Shown here piece after piece: positions 23,904-37,303 of a stretch of DNA of 64,000 nucleotides. The translations under genes were made by a program, and so were the position numbers. The stretch spans positions 9,300,001 to 9,364,000 of the forward strand of contig NC_043000.1 in NCBI RefSeq assembly GCF_006345805.1, read 5' to 3'. The stretch is from Octopus sinensis. Lineage: Eukaryota. The notes beneath the pieces are model-generated. The model worked only from the letters and a program-made list of their open reading frames with translations. It did not search any database and had not been told where the DNA came from. Within the stretch, counting starts at the first letter, position 1. The number at the start of each line of letters is the position of its first letter.

Positions 23904-25439
23904 ATATACATACATATATATACATATCCAGGAATAAGTGGGGCTCTTCGCCCTATAAGGCAATTCACCTAGGAGAAGGCTACTACAATGTGAAGCCTAC
24001 ACCCTGTTGGTCACTGTAGCCGTCTTAGCTCGCCGACCCACTTTCGTTTGACTTCCAAGTATAAAAAGTGCCGTCAGATTGCACGAACTGACTGTCACTT
24101 TAAAACTCTTTGGTATATGCAAGATGAGAATCCTTGAAACGATTAAGACAAAAACGGCAGACACTGGATAGTACTGGCGGTCGCAACTTTATCTTCGCAT
24201 TTAGATTTAGCTGCCTTCTCTTCCTCCCGATATTAGGATTCGACGCAGGTACTAATATTCTTCAGGAGTTCTTACTACATGACCCTCAAGAAAATAGAAA
24301 GGTTCAAAACATTAGCAAGTTTTTAGGGATTATATTGAAAATAAAATTAAAAATAAAATAATAATTTACATTCAAATATACTGAATATTTTACTGTATGA
24401 CTACAAGAACAGATAACAAATTCAAGACAAAATTAGCTTAAAAAGAAGTTCCCCTTCATCAGTTGTCGATCTAGAGATCTTAGTTGCTTCGACATCTATT
24501 GATAGCGTCACAACCTCTAGCCGATACCAATAAAATCAAAGAGCAGCTACCATTTTTTGTGCATTTTGCTGTCCAAGTTTTATACTTCGTTGCAGTGCTG
24601 TATGCTTACTTTTTACCTATCATGATCCCTATGACAGACAGTTTTTTTTGCTTCCTACAACCACACTTACAAATACACACATATGTATGTATGTATGCAT
24701 GTATGTATGTGTACGAATTTATGTAGAGATACATATTATATTCCAACAAAAGATTTCAACATGGGCTAGAAACCGAAAATCCGGTGACACTTCCTTGACA
24801 CAGCCGCTGTCAGAAATGCAGTGATTACTCGTTGGAAACTTGTAACGAACGGCTCTATTGTTCACAGATTGCCACAAAGAATGAAGGAAGGAAAAAAACA
24901 AAGTAAGAAAGAAGAGAAAAAATGAAGGAAAGAAAGAAATGAAGAAAGAGAGAATTATAAGAATCTTCAAACACTGGGGAAAACATTGAAGATAGTTCGC
25001 TTTTATAGAAGATAATTGAGAAGATTAGTCACTTCCATTGAAACAGTTTTCTTTTTTAAAAAAATGATGTGAGCAAATGGACTTCGCTTGAGGATTTGAT
25101 GTTTACTGGAACTAAGCAACGTACGAGACATCAGATAGGTAACCTGTACTATTTAGCAAGAGAGAAAAAAAGAGAGAAAGAGGGTTAGAAAGATGGAGAG
25201 AGCGAGAGAGAAGAGAGAGTGAGAGAGACGGAGAGGAGGACATAGGAAAAAATAATAATTTGTAGCAGTAATTTACTGGTGTGATTAATTAGGGGGTTAC
25301 CTGATGGTTACGAAGAAAAGGAAAAAAAAAATACTCTACATAGATGTTTGAGTTACGTTAATCTTACCAGGAATCTACTTCCTCTGCAACGACATAATGC
25401 GAATAAAAATGAATTATTCCTCTCAACTTTCCCGATACG

Positions 25440-26150
25440 ATTTTTCCTTCTCTTCCTCCCCTCCTTATATTCATTTCATCATTCTCTGCCTCTTCCTCCT
25501 TATCGTGGTCGTCGTCGTCATCATCATCATTATCCCCATTATCATCATCATAACCCTCTTGCTCTTCCATTCCTCTACCTTCTCTCCCTACTCTTCTCCC
25601 CTTTTCATCCACCTCCACTTTCCCTCCCCCTCTTCTCCCCCTCCTCATCGTCATCATCAATATCATAACCTTCATCACCCATCTCTTATTCGTCCTCCCT
25701 ATCTCTTTCCTCACAGTCTTCCTCCTTTTATCTCTCTTCTTTGTTTTCCTCCACTTCTCTCTCTCTCCTTCTTCTTCTTCTTTTTCTTCACTTTCCTCCT
25801 CTTCTTCACCCTCTACTTCTCCCTCTTCTTCTTTCTCTTCATTCTAATCTTCTTTTTTCTCCTCTTCTTCATCCTCCTTTTCTCCCCTCTTCTTCCTCCT
25901 CTTCTACTTCCTCTTATCCTTTCTTCACCTCTTCCTCTTGTCTTTCCACCTCTTCTGTCTCCTCTTTTCCTGCCACCTCGTATCACCTTCCCCTTCTCAT
26001 CCTCTTTTGCTCTTCCGCCTCTTCCCCTCGTCCTATTCTCCTCTCCTCTACCTCCTCCTCGTCCTCCCCCTCGTAATCATCATCTTCATCGTCGTAGTCG
26101 TCGCTATCAATGCATTCATCATCAGATATTTATTATTATTATTATTTGTT
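25440..26150. repeat. pyrimidine-rich (CTT/CCT/CAT) low-complexity tract
   Basis: Direct inspection. Confidence 0.85.
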
Positions 26151-27699
26151 TTGCACTGCTCTCTCTTCAGTTTTCTATAATTTAAAATATATGGACTCAA
26201 TTTAATGTTCTATAACGGTCTTTTTAATCTCAACACTCAGTTATTACGTTATCCGTGATTATTTTACTGCCGAGTGTATTTTTAAAACCTCACTTTTCTT
26301 GATTTATTATTACAGTTCTTCGAATTTATCCAGTTATCTTTTTTTCACTCTCTCTGTCTCTCTTTTCCAATATGAATATTAAATATGTGTCAATGCCATA
26401 CGTTGGATAACATATCAGATTTATTTTTCTGATTGCTTAGATTTTGATCAGCATTTCTCTCCCCCACCGTGCCACCTTCACTTTGAGGAAACATTTTTTT
26501 TGTTTATATTTATTATCTTTAGTTTATACCTCATCTAGCTTTTTGCTGCAGCTGTTCTAATTTTCCTTCTATCTCTGCTAAATCTTACTTTCATTCACAA
26601 ATCGCAATGTTATGCACAGAGCATAGTTGCATTCCGTTATTCTGTGTAGATAGGAGTAAATGTTTACTCTATGTTTCCCATTAAAACAAGCATCCTTCAT
26701 ACATCCATTTGTTTCATATTTATTTATTTTCTGATTTACCAATTGACATTCGACTGGCAAGAATCGATAACTTTTTGTGCTTAACTCAGAAAAATCAATG
26801 CTTCTTTTTATAATACCTTTTATATCAGACATAATCATAAATTATCATTTTGACTGTTGCGCAAATTAAATGGATTAAGACAGGTTACACTTTTACAATT
26901 ACAGCTACATTTTAGTACATCTGTTAATGCTTCACTTCTCAAAATAAACATTTTTTCTATTTGTTTTATATGCTTGAAATTGTCAAGTTTTGGAAGAAAT
27001 AACTGATGTAATCTTTCTTGAGGACGACAGGCATTACAAAACTGTTAGAAGGAACAAAAAAGAAAAGAACATGATTATTACCATTGGTGACAGAGGTTCA
27101 AAAGACACCATAGTTTGTTCATTGGTCATCTGTCTTCCTTAAGTTAACCGTGCAGATCCCAAAATTGTGGAACCAACTGTTTTTGTCAGTTTTTACTACT
27201 CTTAATAGGTGCTTGATTTTGATGTTTCTGGTATTGCTGATGTCGAAGGGGTAGTGCTGGTAGTGGTGGTAGTGGTAGATGATGGCAGCGGTAGTTATGC
27301 TAGTGGTTGTGTTGTTGTGGTTGTGGTTGTGGGTGTTGTTGTTGCTGGTTGGTGGTGTTTTATTTTATCGATCAAGAAAGTATGAAAGACAAATTTGACC
27401 TCGACAGGATTTGAATTCAGAATGTAAAGAGCCAGAGCAAATACCGTAATGTATTTTATCCGATGCTCTATCGGTTCTGCCAAGTCCACATAAAAAAAAA
27501 GACACAAGAAAAAAGCAAGAAAAAAAAAGCATAACTGAATAGTTTGTTTAATTTATTACAGAACAACAAGCGTCTTTCTTCAGCTGTTTACCAGTCGAGA
27601 ACAAGAAAAATTCTACATAGCGTTTCTGAAAAGTGGCACAGATCCGTTTTAAATCGTATATTACAAGTTCTCCACAATCCGTGAGAGACGCACGTAACT

Positions 27700-27800
27700 C
27701 GGTTCTAACAACACCTCTCTGCCATCCGAGACCCACGAACGGCTTTTATATCTTCGAGTCGAAGTAACCCACGCTCCTCCGAAATATTACCACGCCCCAC
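27700..27800 (-). promoter_or_regulatory. candidate RNA polymerase II core promoter
   Basis: Minus-strand GGGGCGTGG (Sp/KLF box, 27790-27798) and TATAAAAG (27743-27750) in a non-repetitive, CpG-containing stretch. Confidence 0.35.
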
Positions 27801-28346
27801 CTGCAGAACTTTCACTCCATCCGCAGAAACACCGGTTTAAACATTTAGATTATGTAGCATAATTAAGCGGTAACGATTAGAACGATTCGCTTGATTCCTC
27901 CAAATCCATTTCGACAAACCCGAGTAATCTAGTCGTTATCAGTCAAGAATTTGGGAAAATTTGAGCAGATTTAAGAAGCGATTATACATCTCCGTCATAA
28001 GCACTAGTCGTTCAATCTCAGAGCGTTTAAAATACCGTTTTAGTCGCCTACTAATATTAATACAATAGATGTACTGTGAAAGTTCTCCAAGTACCAAAAT
28101 TTTAGCTATCTTGCAGCTGTCAGTCATAGGCGGTTACCTGACTACTGATTGAATCCTAAAAGATCATACAGATCGCGAGATCTTGGCGTTTCGTAAATAA
28201 GAGTCATCTTACACGCCCCATACAGACCGAAAGAGTTATAAAATGTAACAAATATAGCAGGGATAGTAAGAAACAACTTCAGCAAAGCTAGTGGTTTCTA
28301 CCATAAACTATGTAATACTAAGTAGTAAACTGGTGTATAGAGATGG

Positions 28347-28406
<60 letters not shown>

Positions 28407-28424
28407 TGATAGATAGATAGATAC

Positions 28425-28478
<54 letters not shown>
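28347..28478. repeat. (GATA)n microsatellite flanking the Tx1 3' end
   Basis: Direct inspection; the matching array is at 34593-34716. Confidence 0.95.
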
Positions 28479-28479
<1 letters not shown>

Positions 28480-28835
28480 TGTTTCTTTATTAGCCACACA
28501 GGGCTGCACACAGACAAAATTACAAGGTAGAGCTTTTCTTTTGGGGGTAAAAAAGAGGGGGTTGGTTTTCGATCAAAAGGGATCGTAAATGGAAAGAAAG
28601 AGGACAAAAGAGGGGGGGATAAAATAAAATTTTAAAAAAAGGGGGGGGATTTGATCAATAGGGATCGTTATCACAGAAATGTCAATATGAAGTGTAAAGG
28701 GGAGGACAGGTGAGGTTTACCCGTGGAAAGAAAAGCCTACGGAAAAGACCACGGTAACCTCGGTCAATGAAGTCACATGTTATATTTCTTTTTTTTTTTT
28801 TTGCAAATAAGCAACTCTGTATTAATTTTTACGGT

Positions 28836-31800
28836 TCATAGAATCATAGTCAAGGTGGCTTCGTCATTCATACGTGCCATCCTTGCTATATTTACCCATC
28901 TTTTTTTAAAACATTCACTAGACAAAACTTGCCTCTCTACTCTCACTTTCCTCTTCAAGTGATACTTGAAGAAGTTGATGAGAGATTGACCAGAGAGGAA
29001 AGTGTTTGTCTCTAATCCTTTCAGGCGCGTCCACCAGATACATTCTTTCGCCATAGCCACAAGTATGATAAAAATAGCTCTTCCTTCCCGTTTGAAGAAA
29101 GGAGGCGTGACGATATTAACGATAGACTCGGCTGATAAACCGACACGTCCCACACGTGACAGCAGTCATTCGACATAAGCCCACAGGTCGGAGATTGTTG
29201 GACACTGCACGATTGCGTGCAGAGCGGATTCGTCGCTCTGCCCGCATCTCGGGCAGGTCGGCCCCGTGTTTCTCGAGCCATGCCTATAGAGCTTATCCCG
29301 AACGGGTAGCGCTTCTCGGTAGCACCGCCAGGCCAGGGATCTCTGGAAGTTGTCCATAGGTCCCGGCCCGAAAGTCGTTTCAAACAGGCGGGTCAGGTAT
29401 TCCTCGTCGACGCCTAGGTTTGCCCCAAGATCGTCGTCGTACCTCCCCTCCACTAATCCCCTATAGAATGCTTTGGTCGTGTTGAAGTCACTGAAGGTCG
29501 ACCCGGAACGGCAGAGTTGCTTGAGAGCAACGCGACACTCGCGGTGCCATTCGCCCTTCCTCGGCCTCTTTTTGATCCACGGCTGCAGTTCGGTCATGGA
29601 GACGAGCTGCGGGAACGCGTGCCTCACAAACAGCGACCACACCTGTTCACCGTCGTCTACATAGAGTCGGAGACGTCGCAGTATCAGCGTGTGTCTGCGC
29701 ATCATCAACCATGGCATACCCAGCCCTCCTTTTAACGGGTGTTGACAGCAAATGGATCGCCTGACCATCAGGACGCATCATTTCCACAAGAAGCGGAAGA
29801 GAATGCGTTCTAGTTTGGTGATGGTAGGGTCGGGACAAGGTACGACGATCAGGCGGTAGTAGATGATGGACGTGATGTATGTGTTCGCCACTTCCGCCCG
29901 ACCTTTTAGGGACAGTTTCCTCTCGGCCCATTGCTGGGCGAGAGTGACCACCCTACTCGTTATCTCGTCCCAGTTCTTCTCCATTTGGAGGTCCGGACCG
30001 AACCAGACCCCGAGCAACTCAACCGGGCCGTCCGTCCAGCGTCCCACGACGGAGGTACTGGTGGACGGCATGGGCTTGCTTCTCCAGGTCCCGAGCCGCA
30101 AGCCCACTGACTTTTCCCCGGTTGATTTTTGCTCCTGTCACCGCTTCGTGGTCTTTCAGTGTCTCGCCGACCAGCTCGATGTGCTCGTGGCTTGACACTA
30201 TGACGGTGACGTCGTCCGCGTATGCAGACACGCTCGTCCCGCATCCCAATTCTCGCGGGATGCCCCTCAGAAGCGACGAGAGGGGGCATCTCTGACGGAC
30301 CGAACGTGCGATGTCAAAGGGTCTCGATAGATGTCCATTTACGCGAATTACCGAACGGATGCCTCTGTACAAAGCGGCTATCCAGCCGCGGAAGACGGGA
30401 CCGAAGCCAGCCGCTCTGAGGACTGCCTCCAAGTATCGATGGTCTACCCTATCGAAAGCTTTCGATTGATCCAAGTTGATCAGGGCCCCACCCATGCCAG
30501 GTTCCTTAACTACTCTGTCTATGATGTAGCGCATCAGATGGAGGTTGTCATGGATGCTCCGGCCCGGCACGGCGCACGTTTGTGCGTTGTCGACCAGTTT
30601 CTCGATGACAAGCGCCAACCTCTTGGCTAACACCTTTGTCATAATTTTCAGGTCTGCATTGAGCAGAGTGATTGGTCTAAAGTTATCTATAATGTTCCCC
30701 TTGTTTGGATCTTTCTTCAACAGCGTTACGGCTCCTCGACTCACAAAACCGGGTATGCTCCCGTTTTGCTGCCATTTGCAGTATACCACTGCCAAGACGT
30801 CTCCAAACAAGTCTGGCATACAATTGTAAAACTCGTAGGGCAGACCATCCAAACCTGGCGATTTGTCCCTCGAGCATTCTGCCATCGCGTCCCGCACATC
30901 CGCCGCCGTGATGGCACCTTCGCAGCCTTCTGCCTCTCTTGCCGAGAGTCGTGGTAGGCTGTGCAGGTAGGCACTGAAGTCCACCCTGCGTTCACGCTCG
31001 CCACTCGTCCCGTACAGTCGGGCAAAGTGCCGCTGAAATGTCTCGTACATCTTGCTGGGCTCGAGCAATTCGCGCCTTTGTTCATCTACCAGAGACCGAA
31101 TGGTGGCTTTGTCGCCCTTCTGCGCCTCCGCCACCCAGGCCTCCCTCGCGGCTCCAACACCTTCCATCCTTTGAGCACGCATCCTAGCCCTGACAGCACA
31201 CCCTTCGTGTTTGGCGTTGAAGTGTTGGTCAAGGGCCACCTCGCCGCTAAAACGTCGGATGTGATGCCGCTTCTTATTGCCTCTTCTAACTTCTTAACTA
31301 ACTCACCCTCTACTCTATTCTATCCGGCTATGCCTTGCTATATCTAATTGCTTCCGCTTTTACTGCTCTCTTGAGGGCGAACCACCATTTGTTGTTGACA
31401 ATGGCTCCCGTTAAAGCCCTTTTTACTAACGTGTTGATTCTGTCTCTGAAAACTTGTCTGGACGGGAATGATGCGTTCAGTTTCCAGTAACCAGGGCCCT
31501 GTCTATGTGCCTTATCTAAGTCTAGCGTACACGTCACGAATTTGTGATCTGTGTAGCTGACTGTGTGGAATTGTGGACATCCTAAGCTATCCCTGTCTAC
31601 TGTCCTACACAGTATCCTATCTAGATACGATCTCGACGACCCACTGCGGTTGCTCCATGTCCACGTTGGTGCATTTGGGTGGTGGAGTCGGTACCTGTCT
31701 GACAGTTGGAATCGTCTGAGCAGGTCTCTGAAGCATTTGTATCCCCTTCTGTTTTTGTCTCTCCCCACATAGTCTAGATGCGTGTCCAAGGTAGCATTCC

Positions 31801-32224
31801 AATCCCCCACTAAAAGTAAAGGACAAGACGTTCCCAGTAATATTTCTAGACGTCGAAAGAAATCCGGCCGACCTGTTAAAGGCGGTGCGTAGACTGATAC
31901 GAGTCGAAAAGCGCACCTATTGCTGCCGTCGACATCCAGAACGACCAGTCTACCCTCCGGGTCTACGAATATCGTCTTGACTTCGAGATCCAGGCTCTTG
32001 TGAAAAAGTACCGCGGTGCCACTACCGCCCATCCTCGGAAGACAGGGAGCAAAATAAATGTTAAACTGTCCGCCAAACATGGACTTTAGGGCCCGTGGCT
32101 CGTGGAGTCTGGTCTCACTTATGGCTATGATTCCCAAATCGTGTGACTTGATGTCATTTAGGAGGTATCCTTGTTTCCAAGGAGACCCCAAGCCACGCGC
32201 ATTCACACAACCAATCTTGACCAT
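28836..32224 (-). pseudogene. Tx1 ORF2 (AP endonuclease, RT, zinc finger), frameshifted
   Basis: MVKIGCVNARGL, ISETR, GDWN, SYLDR, TDH, KSPGLDG, FRPITLLNAD, LDQSKAFDRV, AYADD, GGLG, CPRC..ESALHAIVQC. A deletion lies between the QGCPLS-equivalent and YADD. Confidence 0.92.
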
Positions 32225-32274
32225 GATTCTATTGGGGTGTGTGCTTTAAAACACAAAAAGGAAAGTACAGAGAG

Positions 32275-34373
32275 TTACTTACTTGTGTCGAAAGTTTTGG
32301 CTTCCTCGTTCTTTGATGTGTCTTGGAGGAGGTTTTTATAGAGTTTTTGTGAGAGGTATCTTTGGAACCCCCCAACAGCATTTGGAAAGAGGGCTTTGAG
32401 TGTGTGGTGTTGTGTTTGTGTGATGTGTAGTATTTTGATGTGTTTGGGTGGTGTAGTGCGAGGATGGTTGTTAGTTTTGAAGTCATCTTCACAGATGTTT
32501 GTGTGGGCTGTGATGTACTCCATTAATTTGGAGTCTTTTGTGTCTATCGCTGATAGCATTGTGTGTGTTTTTGTGGTGTTGGTACTTGTTTGGTTGTGTA
32601 TGGAGCTTTCAGGGTTCAGGTATCTCCCTGCTTTGGTTGCGTTTTCTTGTTTGTTTTTTTTTATCTTTTTCTTTTACCCCCGGTGGCTATTTACCATTCT
32701 GTCGAACTTTCATCGTTAGATGAAAAGTCTGACGAATCAGCAGGGGGCAAGGGTAAAGCATCTGGGTCTGTTTGTGCGGTTGTAGATATTGTTGTGGTGT
32801 GCGGGGGGGGGTTGGTGTGGTGATAGTCTCTCCTACATCCTTGGTGCTTGTCTTCTTCGTTGTTATTCTCGGTGTTGGAATTGGTTTAGTTGTTGTTGGT
32901 GGTGATCATTCTGTTCTTGGCGCAGGTGGTTGTATTGTTTGGTTGGGTTGGTCCGTTCTTTGTTGTTTTTCATGTATTTCTGCATACAGCTTCTTGATTA
33001 GCCGTCCATATTGTGGTGTGGGCAATAATGCTGGCTTTTGTGGTTTTTCCTGTGGCTGTTGTTGTCGTTGTTTCGCGGCAGATTTGCACTCCTTTTTGAG
33101 GTGTGCCTCACTGCCACATGTATAGCAGCGTGGCCTTCTGCCCTCGACATCCGCAAGATGTACGTGGGTGGGAATTTTGTTAATGTCGTCTTGGCTTATG
33201 TGGAAGAGAATTTCCATTCTCTTTCCCACCCAGTCCTTGTGTTTCGAAACAGTTATATCCATGATGTTTATGTCCTCCATTTTGGATGTTATGGCGGTTG
33301 TTATCCATAGTGTGGTTGTTACTTGCGGGACATTATTGATAATGACCTTTGTCACCTTCTGGCCAAGGTAACTGGGTGTCATTGCTAGCTCCTCTGAATG
33401 AAGAGTTAGCGTTGAGAATTGCTTTGCCAACACTTCATTCTGAAAAACCACCTGTACGTGGGCGAACTTGTTCGACCAAGTCACATACTCCTTGTGTCCC
33501 CAGATGGCGCGTAGGCACTTTTCTATTTTGTCCGTGCTTGCTTTTTCTGGACTTTTAGTTGTGTTGTTTGTTATTTTATATACAATCGTTCTCTTTTTTT
33601 CCTCATTCAGTATGTGTTGTGGTATGTGAAAGTGTATTTTGCCGTTTTCTTCCGTGATTAGGGCTCTGCAGTCTTTTATTTGCTGTACAGTAAAAAATAC
33701 TCTTGTCATTTTTTCTTTTATCGCCTCGGCGAAGTTTGTTGTTGTTTTGTTATTGTTGTTACTGCTGGTGGTGTTGGTGTTGATGGCAGGAGTGTGGGTT
33801 GTGGGTATATTAGGTTTGTGGTTGCTGATTATGCAACTGGCAAGAGGTGGAAAATTGTCTGCGTAATTTGGTCCTGCATTAGCGCAAATTTCGGCAGCTC
33901 GTTTGATTGTCGGTGTTATTTTTTTTCTCACCTTCACTTGTTGGTGATGGAGTGAACGGTGGCTGAAGGGAATTGTTGTTGTTGTTGTTGTTATTGTCGT
34001 TCTTGGTGACGGCGGTGGTATTAGTAGTAAGGGAGGCATTGACGGCACGGTCTTTAGTGGCGGTGATGGTGATGTTGGTATTGTTATTGTTGTTGGTAGT
34101 GGTGTCGTTAGCAGAGATAGCAGTTGCACTAGCAGATGCTGCCATGGTGGTGGTGTCGGTGTTGATGGTGGAATCACTGGTGGCGGTGCTTGGCCTTGCG
34201 ACCTTTGTTTTGTATTTGTTGCTGTTGTCGATGCTGATGGTGGTGGTGGTGGTGGTGGTGGTGTAAATAGTGTTTACACAGTCAAGTTCAGCGCTTGGTG
34301 ACAGGAAATCTTGCTTTTTTGTTTTGGCGTCACGCTTCAGTTGCGCCTCAGCCTCGTGGTGACCAGTAGCCAT
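32275..34373 (-). pseudogene. Tx1 ORF1 (gag-like, CCHC zinc knuckle), frameshifted
   Basis: ORF pieces 33879-34373, 32906-34177 (CYTCGSEAHLKKEC) and 32275-32559, directly upstream of ORF2. Confidence 0.75.
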
Positions 34374-34592
34374 TTTTGAAAATAAAATGGCTAAAATACA
34401 ACACGAGGCCTACGAGAATTTTTTAAAATTTTGCCCACAAAGGGCGAAATTTTGTGTAGATATTAGTCACGGTTTGCAGTGGATGTTGTTGCACAACTTT
34501 TAAACACACAATATTTAACAATAAACACTTTTGAACGTACAAAATGACCAACTTACTTGGAGCCCATTTGACTTGCGTCTGTCTGTCCAGAG

Positions 34593-34705
<113 letters not shown>

Positions 34706-34724
34706 TAGATAGATAGAGGTGTGT

Positions 34725-34764
<40 letters not shown>

Positions 34765-35011
34765 TGTGTGTGTGTGTGTAAGGTGGTTGTTTCATTCATC
34801 AGGAATTTTGACAACGAAGCAAACATTAACGATTTTGAAAATGAAGATGAATGGGGCAGAAAGTAGAAAGAAACAAAGACTGCAAAAAGCAGAAGCTTAA
34901 AAAAAAAATCAAATGGATCTTATGGTGTCGTTTCTTCAAGAACTTAGTCTTTCATTAGAATTAACTTCGTGAGAAATAATCGAAACCAAGCTGTTATTGC
35001 ATCAGATGGCT

Positions 35012-35516
35012 AATTGACTTTCAAGAAGTGGTTTTCAGAGAAGTAGAAGATGCAAATATATTGAAAAAAAAAGAAAGAAAAAAGAAAAAAAAACACAGCA
35101 AGCAGCATAGAATACACTAGATGCGGTTCAGTAACATGACCTGTTTTTTTCTTTTTGTATTTGCTAAGATATCATTGACAGATATAAATTATTTTTTAAC
35201 GGTGGAACTCGATATAGATAAAGCTATAAATAATAGAGTGAGAAACAGTAGGTTAATAAAGGCTCTGAGGTGGAAAGAGTCGAATGTATATTTTCGTTCC
35301 AAGTGATTTTCTTTAATCCAATACGCCATTATATATAGCTTTATCTAATTCGAGTTCTACCGTTAAAAACGATTTATTTATGTTGATGATATTTTATCAA
35401 ATTAAGATTAAAATCTAAATCATGTTTCTGAACAGTGTCTAATATATACTACGCTGCTTTCTTGCATTTCTAATATGATAAAATATCAGTATCTTCTACT
35501 TTCCTGGAAGTCAATT
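35012..35516. repeat. old foldback/MITE-like element with long imperfect inverted arms
   Basis: tttaacggtggaactcgatatagataaagctata pairs with tatagctttatctaattcgagttctaccgttaaa. Outer pairs are aattgactt/aagtcaatt and aagtagaagat/atcttctactt. Confidence 0.7.
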
Positions 35517-36316
35517 CTGGTTCATCGAGTTCCACCGTTAGAAACGATTTATTTTCATATCTCTCGAAGTTTCCAATTCATTATGACGTAAACATCATTA
35601 ATATAATTTTTATCAGATGTCATGCGGATAGAAATGGTTACATTAGGTTTGATGTATTTTTCTAAAAACAGTAAAGGATTATTTGATCCCACACAAAACC
35701 GATCAATGAATGAGTGGCGGTTGAAAAAAATGCCATAAATGAGTGTCAATATGAAAATTGTTGCTCACGGTTTTTCAAGATTTCGTTTTGTTTTCTTTTT
35801 TTGCTAGAGTGGAAGCAGTTTTTGATTTTTGGTGTTTGCTCTTTCACGAAATATTAATCAATCTTCATTGGAACAAAAAGATAAAAATAAAAAACTCGAG
35901 ATTCGATCACAGAATGCAGGAAATGGATGTAGCACAAATAAATAAATATATATACGTTGTGATATTTTTACTGCTTTTTAATAAAGCATATTATTCCAGT
36001 AATTTATCCACCTCGTTTCGTATTTATGTGCTTACTGTTTTGTTTGTGTTACGAATTTTGACCCTCTGCAAAATCCCAAATTTTATTTACTTTGCTTTGC
36101 GAGAGCAACTGTTTTATCGAAAGCGTATATTGTTGTTAAATGCTCGAAATACGAGACTAGAAAAACAGCCAACAACTGATAAAGGGTCGTTCTTTATGTT
36201 GTTTTATTGTTTTCCATTTGTGTCTATCGTTGTTCGAAAGAATAGTTCATGTTTCATGTACACGTGCTTCGTATTTATTTTGTTGTACACGCTTCGTGAC
36301 GTCCTGTGCCCACATA

Positions 36317-36355
<39 letters not shown>

Positions 36356-36388
36356 TGGGTTCTTATTCCTAAGGTATTTTCGATGTTG

Positions 36389-36436
<48 letters not shown>

Positions 36437-36541
36437 TATTATTATTACTATTACTATTCAGGTCACTGCCTGGAATCGAACTCGGGCCCACCAAAGACCT
36501 CTGAGTGGATTTGGTAGATGGAAACTAAAAGAAGCCCGACG

Positions 36542-36627
<86 letters not shown>

Positions 36628-36664
36628 TGTGTGTATATGTTTGTGAGTCTGTGTTTATAAATAA

Positions 36665-36715
<51 letters not shown>

Positions 36716-37070
36716 CATACATACATACATACATACATACATACATACATACATACATGATCGGCGCTGCTTAGGCCCAGTGGAAGGAAATGCAGGGAAA
36801 TTTTACTGAATGTAGACGATAATTGATATAGAACAGTTAAGGTAAAGCTTTTTAGCCTGGTGGGTGGGAAAGTTATAATTTCCATAATTCCGGTATTGGA
36901 GCGTGACTTACCTGTAATCCTGTATTTTCTGTTGTAGGTAAATGCTTGTGGATAAGTTTTTAAACAACATAATATTGCAGGCAGATTGTTTTTTTCAGTA
37001 TCCATCGTATATTGCCTAAAGACCCACGGCAGGTCACTGCTGACATACATATCATAGGTTTACTATCAGT

Positions 37071-37303
37071 AAAGGTGGCGAGCTGGCAGAAACGTTAGCA
37101 CGCTGGGCGAAATGTTTAGCGGTATTTCGTCTGCCGCTACGTTCTGAGTTCAAATTTCGCCAAGATCGACTTTGCCTTTCATCCTTTCGGGGTCGATTAA
37201 ATAAGTACCAGTTACGCACTGCAGTCGATATAATCGACTTAATCCGTTTGTCTGTCCTTGTTCGTCCTCTCTGTGTTTAGCCCCTTGTGGGTAGTAAAGA
37301 AAT
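37071..37303 (+). mobile_element. SINE family B, full-length, with Tx1-like tail
   Basis: Head aaggtggcgagctggcagaaacgttagc..gagttcaaat, Nin-like core, tail ctgtgtttagccccttgtgggtagtaaagaaa. Confidence 0.85.

Larger units (their letters stand above)
28479..34590 (-). mobile_element. full-length but disrupted L1/Tx1-clade LINE
   Basis: ORF1 with CCHC knuckle, ORF2 with APE-RT-Zn finger, 3' end ..gtgtggctaataaagaaac; both ends abut (GATA)n. Confidence 0.92.

Noticed and set aside
23930-24130. Possible RTE 5' UTR or HDV-like ribozyme (ctaggagaagg motif)
   Set aside because: I could not build the nested double pseudoknot by eye, and no ORF follows.
25397-26185. 262-aa hydrophobic ORF
   Set aside because: Pyrimidine-rich simple sequence; an F/L/P/S composition artefact.
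36170-36250. CTGATAA...GAAA hammerhead-like spacing
   Set aside because: No convincing stem I, II or III pairing.
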